From an uncultured bacterium (GTDB lineage: Bacteria > Patescibacteriota > Minisyncoccia > UBA6257 > 2-01-FULL-56-20), in the NCBI GenBank assembly GCA_963719425.1, contig OY970382.1, positions 522,880-586,879 of the forward strand: a stretch of DNA of 64,000 nt. Reading direction: 5' to 3'. Below are positions 48,322 through 59,559 of the stretch, piece by piece. The translations under genes and the position numbers were made by a program. Position 1 is the stretch's first letter; the number at the start of each line of letters is the position of its first letter. The notes beneath the pieces are model-generated. The model was not told where the DNA came from and ran no database searches. It saw nothing but the letters and a program-made list of their open reading frames with translations.

Positions 48322-49809
48322 TCACTTTATGTAAATCGTTTCTTTGCGGTCGGGGCCGACGGAAAGGATTGAAACGCTCACCCCCACCCGTTTTTCCAAA
48401 ACAGAAATTGCTTCGCGAAGCTCCTTGGGAAGTTTCGCGTAGGTCCGTATGGAACCAATGGGGCCTTTCCAACCGCGAAGTTTTATATACCGCGGTTTGC
48501 AATACTTCATAATCTCAAGGTCGGGTATCGCCACGCGGATCCGATCGCCTTTTTTATACACCTTTCCGCCGTGCACATAATTAGGTCCCGTATATTCATA
48601 TTCATCGCATACCTTGAATGACTCAATGCCGTCCAAAACGTCCAGCTTCGTGAGAATCACGTTCGGCCCGGTGAGCTTCACCGCCGAATAGCGGACAAGC
48701 GGAAGATCCAGCCAGCCGGTCCGGCGCGCGCGGCCGGTCGTCGCCCCATATTCATTCCCCTTTTGCCGGATCGCGATCCCCTGCACAAATTCGTCGCGGT
48801 CGTTTATGGATGCCGCGGGATATTCCTCCGCCTCCGTCCTGCGGCTCGCGCGCCGCACGTGCTCGGCGGATTTCTCACCTCCGAGCTCCGTTGGGAACGG
48901 CCCTTCGCCGACGCGCGTCATATAGAAAGCTTTTACGATGCCGAAAGTAAGATCAACATTCTGCTCGCGGAGCCCGACGCCCTTCGCAAGCCCCTGGATG
49001 GAGCAATCCGACGAGGTGACGTACGGATATGTCCCGTAATCAACGGAGAGCATGTTGCCCTGCGCGCCTTCAAGAAGAATGTTCTTTTTGCCGAGGAGAC
49101 CGCGCAGCATCGCGTCGGTATCCGCAATGAACGGACGCAGCGCTTTCCCGTACTGCAGATAGCGCTTCGTGATGCGTCCGGCGTCAAAAATATTTCTCGG
49201 ATGATAGAACTCGCCGCGATGCAGAATCTCCTGGTGCATGATCTCGCGAACAACGCGCGGATCGTAGGTTTTGATCAATCGGATCTTCTCTTCCAGATTC
49301 CTGCGCAATTTTTCCCTGAACACTTTCGGGTTCAGAAGATCGTTCACTATGAGCCCCAGGCGCGCGACGTGGTCGGTGTACGCCGGGCCCATGCCCCGCC
49401 CCGTCGTGCCTATCTTTCCGGTTCTTCCCGCTGCTTCTCGGACGCGGTCCAAAACGACGTGCTGCGGCAGCACGAGCCGCGCGTTCAGGGCAATCCGCAA
49501 CTTTTCCAGCGAAACGCCCGCTTTTTTAAGTGTGGTGATTTCATCCAAAATCGTCCCCGGCTCCACCGCGACCCCCGAGCCAATCACGTTGAGCTTCTTA
49601 TGCAGCATCCCCGACGGCAGAAGGTGGAATACGAATTCCTTTTTGCCCAGTTTGACGGTGTGGCCCGCATTCGCGCCGCCCGTGCCGCGCGCGATGACAT
49701 CCGCCCAGTGTTCGGCGAAATAATCAACGAATTTTCCCTTCCCCGTGTCTCCCCACTGCGTGCAAACGATTCCCAGCGTCCGAACGCCTTTCAAAATGTT
49801 AGAACTCAT
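48322..49809 (-). CDS. purA: Adenylosuccinate synthetase
   Basis: QWGDTGKGK, GGANAGHT, IGTTGRGMGPAY, EGAQG, EYGATTGRARR. Confidence 0.96.
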   Translation of the reverse strand: MSSNILKGVRTLGIVCTQWGDTGKGKFVDYFAEHWADVIARGTGGANAGHTVKLGKKEFVFHLLPSGMLHKKLNVIGSGVAVEPGTILDEITTLKKAGVSLEKLRIALNARLVLPQHVVLDRVREAAGRTGKIGTTGRGMGPAYTDHVARLGLIVNDLLNPKVFREKLRRNLEEKIRLIKTYDPRVVREIMHQEILHRGEFYHPRNIFDAGRITKRYLQYGKALRPFIADTDAMLRGLLGKKNILLEGAQGNMLSVDYGTYPYVTSSDCSIQGLAKGVGLREQNVDLTFGIVKAFYMTRVGEGPFPTELGGEKSAEHVRRASRRTEAEEYPAASINDRDEFVQGIAIRQKGNEYGATTGRARRTGWLDLPLVRYSAVKLTGPNVILTKLDVLDGIESFKVCDEYEYTGPNYVHGGKVYKKGDRIRVAIPDLEIMKYCKPRYIKLRGWKGPIGSIRTYAKLPKELREAISVLEKRVGVSVSILSVGPDRKETIYIK

Positions 49810-51301
49810 GGTCTCTCCGGTAGTTTGGCGCATCGCGCACGATGCGTACCCCGTGCGGATGGGATTCCTTGATGCCAGCGGCGCTGATGCGGATGAACTC
49901 CGCCTTGTTCCGCAATTCTTCAATCGTCCGCGCGCCGACGTATCCCATCCCCTTTTGCAAACCGCCGACGTACTGATGCATCACGGTTTCCAGTTCGCCC
50001 ACGTACGGCACCAATCCTTCCACCCCTTCTGGCACAAGTCGATCCTTCGCGGTATTCGCCTCGCGATACCGCTCGCGCGAACCGCGGCTCTCTTCCATTG
50101 CGGAAAGCGATCCCATACCGCGGTATCGCTTCATCGGCGTTTCAAAACGGAAGTCAACTTCGCCCGGAGCTTCTTTGGTACCCGCAAGCAATTTGCCGAG
50201 CATCACTGAATGGGCTCCCGCACCGATCGCGATTGGGATATCGCCCGAATTCTCAATGCCGCCGTCCGCGCAGATCGGCACATCGGTCTTTTCAAGCGCT
50301 TTCGCCACTTCGTAAGTCGCCGTCACTTGCGGACAGCCGATGCCGGCGACGATCCGCGTCGTGCAGATGGAACCCGGGCCCTGCCCCACCTTCACGCCAT
50401 CGGCCCCCGCCTGTACGAGCCGCTTTGCCGATTCTCCGCGTGAAATATTGCCCGCCACGACGTCAACGTCGTACTTCTTCTTGAGCGCCTTAATCGTCTG
50501 GATAACGTCTTTTGAATCGCCGTGCGCGGTGTCAATGACCAGAACATCCACAAATCCTTTGAGTGCTTCCGCCCGCTCCATCGCATCGTCCTGGACGCCC
50601 ACCGCCGCGGCCACGCGGAGGCGCCCGTGGCTGTCCACGTTATACCGTCCCGACCGGCCGGACTTGATCCGCTTGAGGTCAGAAAAGAGATACATGCCGA
50701 CAAGATTGCTCCTATCCACAAGCGGAAGCACTTTTTTCTTCGCCTTGAGCATGATCTCGTACGCCTTATCAATTGAGGTACCCTTCGGCGCCGTCACAAG
50801 GTCGCGCGTCATGACGTTTTTCACCTTCTGTGAGCCGTCGCCCGAAAAATCAAAATCATTCTCTGTGATAAGCCCCGCGAGCTTGCCGCGCGCGTCCACG
50901 ACCGGAAAGCTGTGGAAAGAAAATCCCTTCTCCCTACGCATCGCTTCCACTTCCTGGAACGTCATGTCGTCACGGATCGTGATCGGCGTCGCTATGAGAC
51001 CCGAGAGATGGAACTTCACGCGGCGGACCTCGTCGCTCTGCTCCTTGGGCGTAAACCCCCTGTGGATCACGCCTAAACCGCCGAGCTTCGCCATCGCGAT
51101 CGCCATCCGACTCTCCGTCACCGTATCCATCGCCGCGCTCGTGATCGGGATCTTGAGCGGCACGTGGCGCGAGAACCGGCTCGTGAGCACGGTGGCGCTC
51201 GGCATCACATCTGAATAATCCGTCTTCAGCCGCACCTCGTCGTAGGTGACCGCAAGGCCCAGTTCGGCGAGCTGCTTAAAAAATGTATCGCACTTCCGCA
51301 T
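49799..51301 (-). CDS. guaB: IMP dehydrogenase
   Basis: [12 protein letters not shown] pair, [21 protein letters not shown]. Confidence 0.96.
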   Translation of the reverse strand: MRKCDTFFKQLAELGLAVTYDEVRLKTDYSDVMPSATVLTSRFSRHVPLKIPITSAAMDTVTESRMAIAMAKLGGLGVIHRGFTPKEQSDEVRRVKFHLSGLIATPITIRDDMTFQEVEAMRREKGFSFHSFPVVDARGKLAGLITENDFDFSGDGSQKVKNVMTRDLVTAPKGTSIDKAYEIMLKAKKKVLPLVDRSNLVGMYLFSDLKRIKSGRSGRYNVDSHGRLRVAAAVGVQDDAMERAEALKGFVDVLVIDTAHGDSKDVIQTIKALKKKYDVDVVAGNISRGESAKRLVQAGADGVKVGQGPGSICTTRIVAGIGCPQVTATYEVAKALEKTDVPICADGGIENSGDIPIAIGAGAHSVMLGKLLAGTKEAPGEVDFRFETPMKRYRGMGSLSAMEESRGSRERYREANTAKDRLVPEGVEGLVPYVGELETVMHQYVGGLQKGMGYVGARTIEELRNKAEFIRISAAGIKESHPHGVRIVRDAPNYRRDHEF

Positions 51302-51404
51302 AGGTTATGGAATTCATTATATGAGATTTCCTAAGTTTTGCAAAAGCAGGCCTCCCCGCTAATAGTGAAGGGCGGGCTGCAACATTACAACCCGCCCAAC
51401 TCCC

Positions 51405-51605
51405 CTACGCTCGCCCGGCGGAATCGACCCTCACGGGAGACCCCTCCGCCACGACGGTCAGCTTGAGCACGACTTGCTGCCCGTCCCTCAGCAAACCGCG
51501 CTGCCCGGCGAGTATTGTTGCTTGCTGCTGGAGCAGCTCCTCTAGCTGATCCAGCCCTTCCCTCCTGATCCTTCTTTCAATTCTTTCCAACTTGTTCCGT
51601 GACAT
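51405..51605 (-). CDS. Small hypothetical protein
   Basis: GGAGGT SD before MSRNKLERIERR. Confidence 0.45.
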   Translation of the reverse strand: MSRNKLERIERRIRREGLDQLEELLQQQATILAGQRGLLRDGQQVVLKLTVVAEGSPVRVDSAGRA

Positions 51606-51675
51606 ATTCGGCCACCTCCGAGGCCAGCTACCCACCTTATACACCATTATCCATCTCTTTCAAAGGAGCTAAGGA

Positions 51676-52800
51676 TCAACCCGCGCCGGGCGGCGGGAGA
51701 ACAATACTTTCGGGCTCAAAGACGACTTCGCGCCTCCCTTCTTTCACAACGCCGAGGTCAAAAAGCTCGTAACCAGCTTTTTTGCCAAGAGAGACGGTCC
51801 GGTCAACTTCTTCCTTGGGCACAAAAAGGTAATAGCCGACACCCCAGTTGAAGGTCTTGAGACAATCGCGAAGGGAAACGCCGAGTCCGCGCATGAATTG
51901 AAAAAGCGGCGGCACGACTGGCCAATTTTGGATACGGTAGGTGAATGGTCTTTTATCAAATGCGAGCTTGCCGATGCCGTCACCCGTGCCGGGCAGGATC
52001 GCCGCGATTCGCACGTGGGCATCCTGGAGTGCCTCTACAAGCGCGACGTACGAGCGCGTGGGAATCAGCGCCTCCTCGCCGAGCGAGGTACCGTTCGGAA
52101 GCTTCGTGAGGAATCTGTCGGGAAGCGCCATCGCCCGCTTGATGACAAGCGATATGCCGTTCGCGTGGAGGCCGGAGGATGCAGCGCCGACGATATGGCA
52201 TCCCGGCTTCAACTCTTTTCCAGTGATAAGATTTGTATTCGGCGCGATAATGCCCGTCGCACAGCCCGAAAGCGAAGGCGCGGCGAGGACCGGCGGCTCC
52301 GGCTTCAGAAGATACTTGAGCGCGGGCGATTCCCCCGCTGGGAGGGCCATCCCAACCTCTTTGCAAATTTCGAAAAAACCCTCTGCCAAATCATGGCTGC
52401 GCTTCTCATCCGAGAACCACGCAGCGTCACCCACCGCAACCTCGTCGGTAAAAATGACGGGCATTGCCCCTTGCGCGATAAGATCGTTCACCGCCATGAG
52501 CGCGGTATCAACGCCGATCGTTTCGTAGTACGTCCTGCCGGTGCCGGCGTTCTCGTACATCCATTCCGCGATCCAGTTCTTGTTGCCGAGCCCTTCCTGC
52601 GTCTTGCACCAGAGGTGCGGCAGGCCGCCGCGATATTCAAACACCGCGCCGTGCGCGTGGAGCACGTCCTCGTTCAAATAAACCCCGCGGCGGTTCGGGA
52701 AGGAAAGCGTCCGTTTCCCCATCGCGATCATCGCCTGCTTGAACGGCTCTAATTGCGTGTAATCCACTCCCGCCTTTGCGTATTCGCTCTTGGCCATCAC
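51676..52800 (-). CDS. purM: Phosphoribosylformylglycinamidine cyclo-ligase (AIR synthetase)
   Basis: YAKAGVD, MAVNDL-x-AQGA, AGES, SSGLHANG, TFNWGVG. Confidence 0.9.
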   Translation of the reverse strand: MMAKSEYAKAGVDYTQLEPFKQAMIAMGKRTLSFPNRRGVYLNEDVLHAHGAVFEYRGGLPHLWCKTQEGLGNKNWIAEWMYENAGTGRTYYETIGVDTALMAVNDLIAQGAMPVIFTDEVAVGDAAWFSDEKRSHDLAEGFFEICKEVGMALPAGESPALKYLLKPEPPVLAAPSLSGCATGIIAPNTNLITGKELKPGCHIVGAASSGLHANGISLVIKRAMALPDRFLTKLPNGTSLGEEALIPTRSYVALVEALQDAHVRIAAILPGTGDGIGKLAFDKRPFTYRIQNWPVVPPLFQFMRGLGVSLRDCLKTFNWGVGYYLFVPKEEVDRTVSLGKKAGYELFDLGVVKEGRREVVFEPESIVLPPPGAG

Positions 52801-54212
52801 TTCCGTGCAAGCTTCTTCGCAATGCCGAGATAATTTTGGGGGGTGAAACTTTTAAGCTCTTTTTTTAATTTGTCCGGTACATGGAGGGAATCCACGAACG
52901 CGCGAATATCTTCCAGGGTCACTTGCCGCCCGCGCGTGAGTTCCTTCAATTTCTCGTACGGCATGGGAACGCCCTCCCGACGCAGAACGGTCTGGATAGC
53001 TTCGGAAACGATCTCGGAATGTTCTGCGAGCGCTTCCACAACCCTCGCTTCGTGCACCGAGATCCGCCCAAGGCCGTTCAGAAGATATGAGTAACCGATC
53101 GCGCAATGCGCGAGCGCAACGCCGAAGTTCCGCTCCACGGTGGAATCGGAAAGGTCGCGCTGCAGGCGCGACACGGGGAGCTTCGTCACAAAATGCGTAA
53201 AGAGCGCGTTCGCAATCCCCAAATTGCCCTCGCTGTTCTCAAATTTTATTGGGTTCACCTTGTGCGGCATCGTGGAGGAACCAACCTCGCCCTCTTTTGT
53301 TTTCTGCACGATCCATCCATCGCTTATGTAGCGCCACACATCCTGGTCAAAATTGATGAGGATCGTGTTTGCGCGGTGGAGGATGTCAAAAAGTTCTGCA
53401 TACGTATCGTGCGGCTCTATCTGCGTCGTAAGGAAGTTCGGCGTGAGTATTGCGGCGCTTCCGCGGCCAGAATGCAGCCGGTTCAGGCGGGCGATGAATC
53501 GCTCTGTAAACGCCATCCAGTCAACTTTCGGAAAGGCGGCCACGTGCGCATTATAATTCCCGCTTGCGCCGTTCAATTTCGCCGAAATGCGGAATTCGCC
53601 GAGCTGCGCGATTTGCCGTGCAAGCCGCGCACGGAACACATTCATTTCTTTCCCGAAAGTGGTCGGCGTCGCTGGCTGGCCGTGCGTCCGCGCGAGCATC
53701 GGCAATGCCGCGTTCCGCTTCGCGAGCCGTTCCAGTACGGAAGCGATATTTTTGAGCAACGGCAGGAGCACCTCGCGGACCGCGCCGCCGAGCATCAGGC
53801 CATAAGCAAGATTGTTGGTGTCCTCGGAAGTCAGCGCAAAATGCAGCCAGCCGAGAGAATCCTTGAGCGAGGTCCTTTTCAATTTCTCGCGCATGAAATA
53901 CTCCACCGCCTTCACGTCATGGTCGGTCGCCTTGATGCCGCGATATCCCACACGCTCAATGTCGCTGATTATTTTTGCATCTTTGAGCGGCAGTTTGTAA
54001 AGGTTGCGGATGAGCGCTTTCTCATGCTTGGAAAATTTGCGGAGGCCAACGCCGCGCGTCTCCGAAAGCGCGATAAGATATTCTCCTTCCACGACGAGCC
54101 GGTAGCGCATGAGCGCCGCTTCGCTGAAGATCTTTGCGAGGCCCTCCCCGTAGCTCCGATACCGCCCATCAACAGGGCTTATCGCTTCAAGCTGGTCTAT
54201 GAGCTGGTCCAT
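52797..54212 (-). CDS. purB: Adenylosuccinate lyase
   Basis: ISPVDGRY, HDVKAVEY, ARTHGQPATPTT, GSSTMPHKVNP. Confidence 0.96.
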   Translation of the reverse strand: MDQLIDQLEAISPVDGRYRSYGEGLAKIFSEAALMRYRLVVEGEYLIALSETRGVGLRKFSKHEKALIRNLYKLPLKDAKIISDIERVGYRGIKATDHDVKAVEYFMREKLKRTSLKDSLGWLHFALTSEDTNNLAYGLMLGGAVREVLLPLLKNIASVLERLAKRNAALPMLARTHGQPATPTTFGKEMNVFRARLARQIAQLGEFRISAKLNGASGNYNAHVAAFPKVDWMAFTERFIARLNRLHSGRGSAAILTPNFLTTQIEPHDTYAELFDILHRANTILINFDQDVWRYISDGWIVQKTKEGEVGSSTMPHKVNPIKFENSEGNLGIANALFTHFVTKLPVSRLQRDLSDSTVERNFGVALAHCAIGYSYLLNGLGRISVHEARVVEALAEHSEIVSEAIQTVLRREGVPMPYEKLKELTRGRQVTLEDIRAFVDSLHVPDKLKKELKSFTPQNYLGIAKKLARK

Positions 54213-54216
54213 AGTA

Positions 54217-55494
54217 TTACAAAGCTTTTGTGCCGATGTCCTTTCTATAATACATCCCCTCAAATTTTATTTTCTCCACCCCGGCGTACGCCTTGCGGAG
54301 CGCCTCCGCGAGCGTGGACCCCGTCGCGCTCACGCCGAGCACTCTTCCACCTGACGTGACGAGTCCGCCATCCGCGAGTTTGGTTCCGGCGTGGAACACT
54401 ATGACGTCTTCCCTTTTCTCTGCCTCGGAAATGCCCGCAATCGGAAGCCCCCTTTTGTAAACGCCGGGATACCCTCCCGATGCCATAACTATACACACCG
54501 CATAGCCCGAATTCCACTCTATTGAAACTTCGTTCAATTTCCCGGAAGCGCACGCGTGAAGAATATCCAAAAGGTCCGTTCTTAAAAGTCGCATGAGTGA
54601 TTGCGTTTCGGGATCGCCGAAGCGTGCATTGAACTCAAGCACCTTGGGCCCTTCTGGCGTGATCTTCAGCCCGGGATAAAGACACCCTGAAAAGGTGCAC
54701 CCTTTTTTCTTCATGGCGCGGAGCGTGGGATCAAGGATCGTCCGTGCGATCTGGTTTTGAAGCTCGTCAGTCACCCATGGCACGGGAGCGATCGTCCCCA
54801 TGCCGCCGGTATTCGGTCCCATGTCGCCCTCGCCCACCGGCTTGTGGTCCTGCGCGGTTGGCATCACTGCGCGCGAGATCCCGTCGGAGAATGCGTGAAT
54901 GGAAATCTCTTGTCCTTCCAAAAATTCCTCTATCACCACTTCATTGCCCGCGTTTCCGAACGTGCGATCAATCATGATGCTCTTGAGTGCTGCCCTCCCT
55001 TCTTCCATCGTCTTACACACTATCGCCCCTTTGCCAAGCGCAAGCCCGCTTGCTTTAACAACGATCGGCACGGGTTGCGATGCAAGGTATCGCGACGCCT
55101 CATTGTAATCCGTGAATACTTGGAATGCCGCCGTAGGAATATATTCCTCCTGCATGAGCTGCTTTGCGAACACTTTTGACGCCTCTATCTGCGCCGCGGC
55201 CTTCGTCGGGCCAAAGACCAAGAACTTTTCTTTTTGAAATTGATCCACAATGCCAAATGCTAAAGGATCGTCAGGGCCCACAACCACAAGATCAATGGAC
55301 GATCTTTTCGCAAAAGCGATGAGCGCTGGAATGTCGTCCCCTTTTATAGGAACATTTTCGCCGAGCCGTGCGGTACCACCGTTGCCCGGTGCGATAAAAA
55401 GCTTCCCGAGCCGCGGCGACTGCGCAAGTTTCCATGCAAGCGCATGCTCGCGCCCGCCGCTCCCTATCAAAAGCACAGTTTTCGGCGTTGGCAT
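54217..55494 (-). CDS. purD: Phosphoribosylamine-glycine ligase
   Basis: GSGGREHAL, GLALGKG, GPNTGGMG, EFNARFGDPE, SGGRVL. Confidence 0.96.
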   Translation of the reverse strand: MPTPKTVLLIGSGGREHALAWKLAQSPRLGKLFIAPGNGGTARLGENVPIKGDDIPALIAFAKRSSIDLVVVGPDDPLAFGIVDQFQKEKFLVFGPTKAAAQIEASKVFAKQLMQEEYIPTAAFQVFTDYNEASRYLASQPVPIVVKASGLALGKGAIVCKTMEEGRAALKSIMIDRTFGNAGNEVVIEEFLEGQEISIHAFSDGISRAVMPTAQDHKPVGEGDMGPNTGGMGTIAPVPWVTDELQNQIARTILDPTLRAMKKKGCTFSGCLYPGLKITPEGPKVLEFNARFGDPETQSLMRLLRTDLLDILHACASGKLNEVSIEWNSGYAVCIVMASGGYPGVYKRGLPIAGISEAEKREDVIVFHAGTKLADGGLVTSGGRVLGVSATGSTLAEALRKAYAGVEKIKFEGMYYRKDIGTKAL

Positions 55495-55507
55495 CCTGTC
55501 GCGAAAA

Positions 55508-56245
55508 TTATCCCTGCGGAAAAAGAAGCATGGCGGCCTTTTTTGATTCCTCAAGAATTGCTTCTTCCCCTTTGCGGACAAGCGGCATTTCGCGCACGAA
55601 CTCCCGCACGCGGCCGTTCATAAAGTCCTCCAGAGTTGCAATCTGCGTTTCGTGCTCCAAGGGGAGCAGCCGCGCCGCAAGCGACCGCGGATCATCGGCC
55701 GGCAAAATTGCGAGCCGCGTGCACGCGAGAACCGCGCCTTCGTCAAACTGCTCCGCCACTCGCTGCGCCGTCGCCTCGGTCCAAAAGTCGCGACCCACGC
55801 TCCGCACGAAAAGAAGCCGCGCCGCGTGGACGCGCACGCCGAACATCCCCTTCCCGCCGAAATCGGGACGGCCCGGGTCAAGCGGCCCCGGGTGCTGGTT
55901 GATCATAAAATTTTGGTATGCGGCGATCACGTTGCCGGGCGTTTTTATCATCCATCCGTACTGGCCGACGAGATCAACATTCTGTTCCTTAAGAACTCTC
56001 AGGATCGCATTCCCGAACTCCTCTTCGTTGGAAAATTTCTTCGGCTCAATAACAAAAATATTTTCGCGCGGCATTCCCAACTGCTGCATTTTTTTGATCG
56101 CCCCGGCATCGGGCCTGCTTGCGACAAGGCACGCAGGATTGATCCCCGAGAGCCGTCCGGACTGACATGCTTTCATGATCGCCTCGGCGGTCGTGCCGCC
56201 CCCCGAAGCAAGTATGGCCAAACGAAACGTTTTCATACCTTTCAT
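55508..56245 (-). CDS. purN: Phosphoribosylglycinamide formyltransferase
   Basis: LAILASGGGT, INQHPGPL, FGGKGMFG-x2-VH, FDEG. Confidence 0.88.
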   Translation of the reverse strand: MKGMKTFRLAILASGGGTTAEAIMKACQSGRLSGINPACLVASRPDAGAIKKMQQLGMPRENIFVIEPKKFSNEEEFGNAILRVLKEQNVDLVGQYGWMIKTPGNVIAAYQNFMINQHPGPLDPGRPDFGGKGMFGVRVHAARLLFVRSVGRDFWTEATAQRVAEQFDEGAVLACTRLAILPADDPRSLAARLLPLEHETQIATLEDFMNGRVREFVREMPLVRKGEEAILEESKKAAMLLFPQG

Positions 56246-57648
56246 GCCCAAGTTTCCTGCAGGGCTGGTATGCCGACCTCCGCCTTCCGCTCGCGGATGT
56301 CTAAGGGATATCTCCCGGTGAAACAAGACGTACACAGTTTGTCTTCGGGAACGCCAATTCCTCGGAGGATCCCCTGATACGAAAGATAGTGGAGCGATGT
56401 CGCGCCTAGAAATTCCCTGATCTCGGGAATTGTCTTTTGGAAGGCAAGGAGGCACGCTTGCCTGGGTGTGTCAATGCCGTAAAAATCGGGAAAGCGCACG
56501 GGCGGAGAGTTCACTAAGAAATGCACTTCTTTCGCACCCGCTTCAAAAAGGATCTTCACGATCTGCGGACTCGTGTTACCGCGCACGATGGAATCATCTA
56601 TTACGATGACGCGCTTGCCTCCTACAATGTCGGGAATGGCCGCAAGCTTCGTTTTCACCCCCTGCTTGCGCATCCGGTCGTCCGGATCAATGAATGTCCG
56701 ATACACGTAGCGGTTTTTAACGAGCGCGAGTTCCAAAGGAATCCCCGCCTCCCCCGAGTAGCCGACCGCGGCAGGAATGCCGGTTTCGGGGATGGGGATC
56801 ACCATGTCGGCGTCAATTTTGCGTTCCCGGGCAAGTTCAATGCCGCACCGTTTGCGGGCGGCATACACCGAGGTCCCCAAGAGCACGCTGCTTGAACGCG
56901 CAAAATACACGAATTCAAAGATGTCCATCTTTTGATCGGGGGGCACAAGTTGAATTGACCGCATGCCTTTCTCGTCCACCACAATCATCTCGCCGGGAAG
57001 GACGTCGCGCATGAAGGTCGCTCCGACCGAGGGAAAGCTGCACGTCTCGGAAGAGAATGTAAACCCACCGTTCAACTGCCCCATGGAGAACGGTTTGAGG
57101 CCATAGGGATCGCGCACGGCGACGAGCGTCGTCTTGTCCATAATGAGAAGCGAGAACGAGCCGGTGAAAAGCGGGTAGGCCTTCCGCACTGCGTCCTCAA
57201 GCAGAAGGCCCTGCTTCGTGAAATGTTCGATGGCGAGCGTCATCATGTAAGAATCCGAGCGGCCTGTCACGTCCACCCCTTCTTTTTTCAAAAATTCCGC
57301 GAGCACCTTCACGCTCGGCAAATTGCCGTTGTGCGCAAGCGCGACGTACCCATTCCCCGTCATGATCGGCTGTGCGTGCCGAATGCCAGTTCCCGATGAA
57401 GTGGAATACCGGTTTTGCCCGATCGCAATGTGGCCTTTCAAACTATCAATTTTTGCTTCGTTAAAAACCTGCGTGATAAGACCGTTGTCTTTGTGACAAT
57501 CAATGTGCGAGCCGTCGGCAACCGCCATTCCCGCGCTTTCCTGCCCGCGATGCTGGATGGCGAGAACGCCGAAGAATGTGATCCGCGCCACGTCCAGGCC
57601 CTTCCCGTAAATGCCAAAGACGCCGCACTTTTCGTTGAGTTCGTGCAT
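56242..57648 (-). CDS. purF: Amidophosphoribosyltransferase
   Basis: EKCGVFG, QHRGQES, NRYST, HNGNL, FEFVYFAR, IDDSIVRGNT. Confidence 0.96.
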   Translation of the reverse strand: MHELNEKCGVFGIYGKGLDVARITFFGVLAIQHRGQESAGMAVADGSHIDCHKDNGLITQVFNEAKIDSLKGHIAIGQNRYSTSSGTGIRHAQPIMTGNGYVALAHNGNLPSVKVLAEFLKKEGVDVTGRSDSYMMTLAIEHFTKQGLLLEDAVRKAYPLFTGSFSLLIMDKTTLVAVRDPYGLKPFSMGQLNGGFTFSSETCSFPSVGATFMRDVLPGEMIVVDEKGMRSIQLVPPDQKMDIFEFVYFARSSSVLLGTSVYAARKRCGIELARERKIDADMVIPIPETGIPAAVGYSGEAGIPLELALVKNRYVYRTFIDPDDRMRKQGVKTKLAAIPDIVGGKRVIVIDDSIVRGNTSPQIVKILFEAGAKEVHFLVNSPPVRFPDFYGIDTPRQACLLAFQKTIPEIREFLGATSLHYLSYQGILRGIGVPEDKLCTSCFTGRYPLDIRERKAEVGIPALQETWA

Positions 57649-57660
57649 ATTGTTCGTGTG

Positions 57661-58635
57661 CTATGGTTCGTGCAGGGCGAACGCCTGGAGATTCTTCTGT
57701 ATGCGATCCAACGCCGGCATCGTGAAGTCCGGCGCAAACGTTCGTCCGGTGATCTGTTCAAAAATTTTTACGTACCGGCTCGCGAGCTCCACCACCATCT
57801 CGCGGGGAGCTTCGGGCAGCGTGGCATCCTTATAGGGATCGCAGTGCTCTTTGAACCAAAGCCGTAGAAATTCCTTATCAAAATTTTCCGGCTCTTCGCC
57901 CTTTGCGATGCGCGCCTCGTAACTTGCTGCCTGCCAGTAACGGGAAGAATCGGGAGTATGTATCTCATCAACGAGCATCACTTCTCCTTTCGGCGAAATG
58001 CCGAATTCGTATTTCGTATCCACAAGGATCAGACCGCGCTGTTTCGCCAGTTCCTGCCCACGCGCAAAAAGCCGGAGCGCGGCGTTTTCAATCTGTTCCC
58101 ATATTTCCTTTTTTACGAGGCCTTCGTTTATAATCTCGTCCCGCGTGACCGGCCGATCGTGCGCTTCCGATTTTGTGGTAGGCGTGAGGATGGCATGCGG
58201 AAGTTTCTGGTTCTTTTTCATCCCGTCTGGCAGCGTAAGGTCACCGAACCGCCGCTCGCCTTTTTGGTACAGCGTCCAGATGGCGGTCCCCGTAACCCCA
58301 GTAATATAGCCCCTTACGACGACCTCTATGGGAACCACTTCACATTTTTCGACCACCATCACGTTCGGATCCGGGACCGCGATCACGTGGTTTTTCACGA
58401 TATCCGTGGTCTTTTCAAACCAAAACGCGCTTACTTGCGTAAGCACGTTTCCCTTGAATGGGATGAGGCACAGGTTCCTGTCAAACGCGGAATAGCGGTC
58501 GGTTGCGACGAGGATCAGCCGATCCGGCTGCACGTACACATCTCGCACTTTCCCCGAGCGGCGCTCGCCGAGTCCGCGGAAACCCGTCTTATCAATAACA
58601 TCCCCGATGTGCGCTTCTATGGTTGCCTTATCCAT
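57661..58635 (-). CDS. purC: SAICAR synthase
   Basis: SGKVRD, TDRYSAFD, PIEVVVRGY, DTKYEFG, DEIHTPDSSR. Confidence 0.95.
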   Translation of the reverse strand: MDKATIEAHIGDVIDKTGFRGLGERRSGKVRDVYVQPDRLILVATDRYSAFDRNLCLIPFKGNVLTQVSAFWFEKTTDIVKNHVIAVPDPNVMVVEKCEVVPIEVVVRGYITGVTGTAIWTLYQKGERRFGDLTLPDGMKKNQKLPHAILTPTTKSEAHDRPVTRDEIINEGLVKKEIWEQIENAALRLFARGQELAKQRGLILVDTKYEFGISPKGEVMLVDEIHTPDSSRYWQAASYEARIAKGEEPENFDKEFLRLWFKEHCDPYKDATLPEAPREMVVELASRYVKIFEQITGRTFAPDFTMPALDRIQKNLQAFALHEP

Positions 58636-58643
58636 TGGTCGTC

Positions 58644-59138
58644 TTATCCATTCGTTTCCACTTTTTTCGCTTTTTCCATCACTGCGTCGCGAAGTTTCTC
58701 TTTGTAGCCCACGATCTTTTTCTGGAGCGCCGCATCTCCCACCCCCAAGATCTGCACGGCGAGAATCGCGGCGTTTTTCGCGCCGTTGATTGCCACGGTC
58801 GCGACGGGAACTCCGGGCGGCATCTGAACGGTGGAAAATAACGAATCAAGACCGCTCAGGGTCTTGGATTGCATGGGAACTCCAATCACGGGCAGCGGCG
58901 TCATGGCGGCGATCACTCCCGCAAGGTGCGCGGCGCCACCGGCTCCCGCAATGATCACCTTCAATCCGTGATCAGCCGCACTCTTCGCATACTCGTGCGC
59001 GCGGTCCGGCGTGCGGTGCGCGGAGATGACCATCATCTCGTACGGCACGCCGAATTCCTTGAGCGCGTCCGCCGCCTCCTGCATCACAGGCAGGTCGGAA
59101 TCGGAACCCATAATAATACCTACAAGCGGTTTAGGCAT
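58644..59138 (-). CDS. purE: N5-CAIR mutase
   Basis: [37 protein letters not shown]. Confidence 0.96.
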   Translation of the reverse strand: MPKPLVGIIMGSDSDLPVMQEAADALKEFGVPYEMMVISAHRTPDRAHEYAKSAADHGLKVIIAGAGGAAHLAGVIAAMTPLPVIGVPMQSKTLSGLDSLFSTVQMPPGVPVATVAINGAKNAAILAVQILGVGDAALQKKIVGYKEKLRDAVMEKAKKVETNG

Positions 59139-59260
59139 TGTTCTCGGTCAGTTTATGTTTCCATTTTAGCATACCCCGGGACCCCGTCAAAACAAAAATG
59201 GCCATCCTCGGTGCCTTCTCGCGCTTGTCGAGAAAACACCGAGAATGGCGATGGGGGAGG

Positions 59261-59461
59261 TTACTCCCTCAGGCGCAACACCTTCCGAGGAACACCTCCC
59301 AGTTCCCCGGCTCTTTCATATAAAAACAAAGCGCTTGATCCAAAAAGCGCCAGGGTGATAGCGCCAGCCACTGCGATGGTCGTGCTCACTACGGCCATCG
59401 CGAACATCACCAATCCTATCATCCGCAACCACCACGGTCGCGGATTTATCGCTTCCTCCAT
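59261..59461 (-). CDS. Small hydrophobic protein
   Basis: GAGGAGG SD, upstream TTGACG/TATTCT promoter-like pair, downstream hairpin ~59200-59249. Confidence 0.5.
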   Translation of the reverse strand: MEEAINPRPWWLRMIGLVMFAMAVVSTTIAVAGAITLALFGSSALFLYERAGELGGVPRKVLRLRE

Positions 59462-59559
59462 AAGCCCTCCTCGCGTTGAGTTTCTTGCCTTACTGTTTCT
59501 TACCTTACTAAAGAATAAAGAAAATAGTTGTGCGCGTCAAGAAATTTTTCTTGCTATTC